IMG/VR virus record: IMGVR_UViG_3300032227_000318
Coordinates: 46,482-110,481 of that record
Source: a virus
Taxonomy: Duplodnaviria > Caudoviricetes
Strand: one strand, 5' to 3'
DNA: 64,000 bases
Part shown: positions 63,262 to 64,000 of the stretch, piece after piece
How the letters are laid out: every line of letters starts with the position of its first letter
How positions within the stretch are numbered: position 1 is the first letter of the stretch
Notes under the pieces: generated by a model
Told to the model about the DNA's origin: nothing
Seen by the model: only the letters and a program-made list of their open reading frames with translations
The model's database searches: none
Position numbers and translations under genes: made by a program

Positions 63262-63678
63262 CTATTTAGTAGTTTGATGTTTTAGGTACTCCAACACTTT
63301 CTCAATATCTTCTATTGATACGTCCGACTTGATCTTATTGGCTTTCATAGATATCACTTCTACGTTGCCTGGCACATATCCTTGATTAAGACTAATTCTA
63401 TCTAAAGATGGTGAAGTGTCAGACGGTCCTTGGCCAACGCCTATTACCAACTCTGTCCCTAAAATTGGACAAACTTTAGGAATTACTATATCGGAAGCAG
63501 TCAATTCAAAAGGTATACCCTTTCTCTTGGCTCTGCTTTCTGCGCGTTTCAACATCGCATACACATAACGTCCTCTATCGGATTTGTAACGTGTTCGGTT
63601 TCTTTCTAATATGATATCGCGGTTCTTCTCACGATATCTTTTTATGTTCTCTTTTTGCTTTTCAGTTCTTGGTGCCAT
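63262..63678 (-). CDS. HNH-like endonuclease
   Basis: CPILG...SLDRI...GYVPGNV.VIS..AN. Confidence 0.8.
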   Translation of the reverse strand: MAPRTEKQKENIKRYREKNRDIILERNRTRYKSDRGRYVYAMLKRAESRAKRKGIPFELTASDIVIPKVCPILGTELVIGVGQGPSDTSPSLDRISLNQGYVPGNVEVISMKANKIKSDVSIEDIEKVLEYLKHQTTK

Positions 63679-63713
63679 CTATATACCTATATTTGCTAAT
63701 AATGGTATTTAGA

Positions 63714-64000
63714 TTATTTACGTTTTACACCACCGGTATCCAGTTCGGTTTTGATGTAGGCAATATCAGCATCACTCAAAATACTCAAAGCCTCTTTGGC
63801 TTTCTCGTTGGAATATCCATAGTATTCTTTTACTATATTCAAGTTCTTTGGATCAACCCGCTTCTGCCAAGACTGGAAAGGTCTCTTATACTTTCGCACA
63901 GAGTTGAGCAAATAGTGATATTGCAGCAATCCTTCAGCCGAGGGCATCATATTCATCTGGTTAGCCGCCATCACCATGTCCAAATGAAAGGAGATAGAAC
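63714..64000 (-). CDS. gp62: Clamp loader small subunit (C-terminal part)
   Basis: AN.MN, KEYYGYSNEKAKEAL.IL, GG end; upstream of regA. Confidence 0.9.
   Translation of the reverse strand, partial: SISFHLDMVMAANQMNMMPSAEGLLQYHYLLNSVRKYKRPFQSWQKRVDPKNLNIVKEYYGYSNEKAKEALSILSDADIAYIKTELDTGGVKRK

Overview
A 64-kb segment of a large T4-like myophage genome, with essentially all genes on the minus strand. The host is probably an alphaproteobacterium: tRNA-His lacks G-1 and has U72/A73, promoters read TTGAAA-N16-CTATAT, and there is a ROSE element and a plcP-agt pair. Core genes: gp62 (partial), regA, dUTPase, hsp20, gp43, uvsX, gp40, gp41, gp61, thyX, class II nrdJ, a denA-like nuclease and glutaredoxin. 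Accessory blocks: (i) a ~17-kb sugar-nucleotide, glycosyltransferase, methyltransferase and lipid-remodelling island between regA and gp43; (ii) an array of 30 tRNA or tRNA-like genes (28.5-36.8 kb) covering all 20 amino acids, interleaved with homing endonucleases and unexplained structured RNAs; (iii) a cluster of probable capsid-packaged proteins with T4 internal-protein-like N-termini; (iv) a lysis module. The most striking signal is absent from the ORF track: a 26-codon leader ORF (35470-35550) whose first 22 codons are all different. It overlaps an antiterminator that competes with a strong intrinsic terminator upstream of 25 tRNA genes, suggesting a pan-codon attenuator that would switch on phage tRNAs when the host tRNA pool fails. 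Other highlights: endonuclease cassettes that leave a truncated tRNA 5' half upstream and overlap a replacement tRNA downstream; a tRNA-Arg(ACG) with an apparently relocated D-loop; a stand-alone TyrRS-type S4 domain next to tRNA-Tyr; an anticodon-less tRNA mimic on a 23-bp stalk; and a promoter class with a fixed-position palindromic operator. All calls come from manual reading and motif recognition; no database searches were run.
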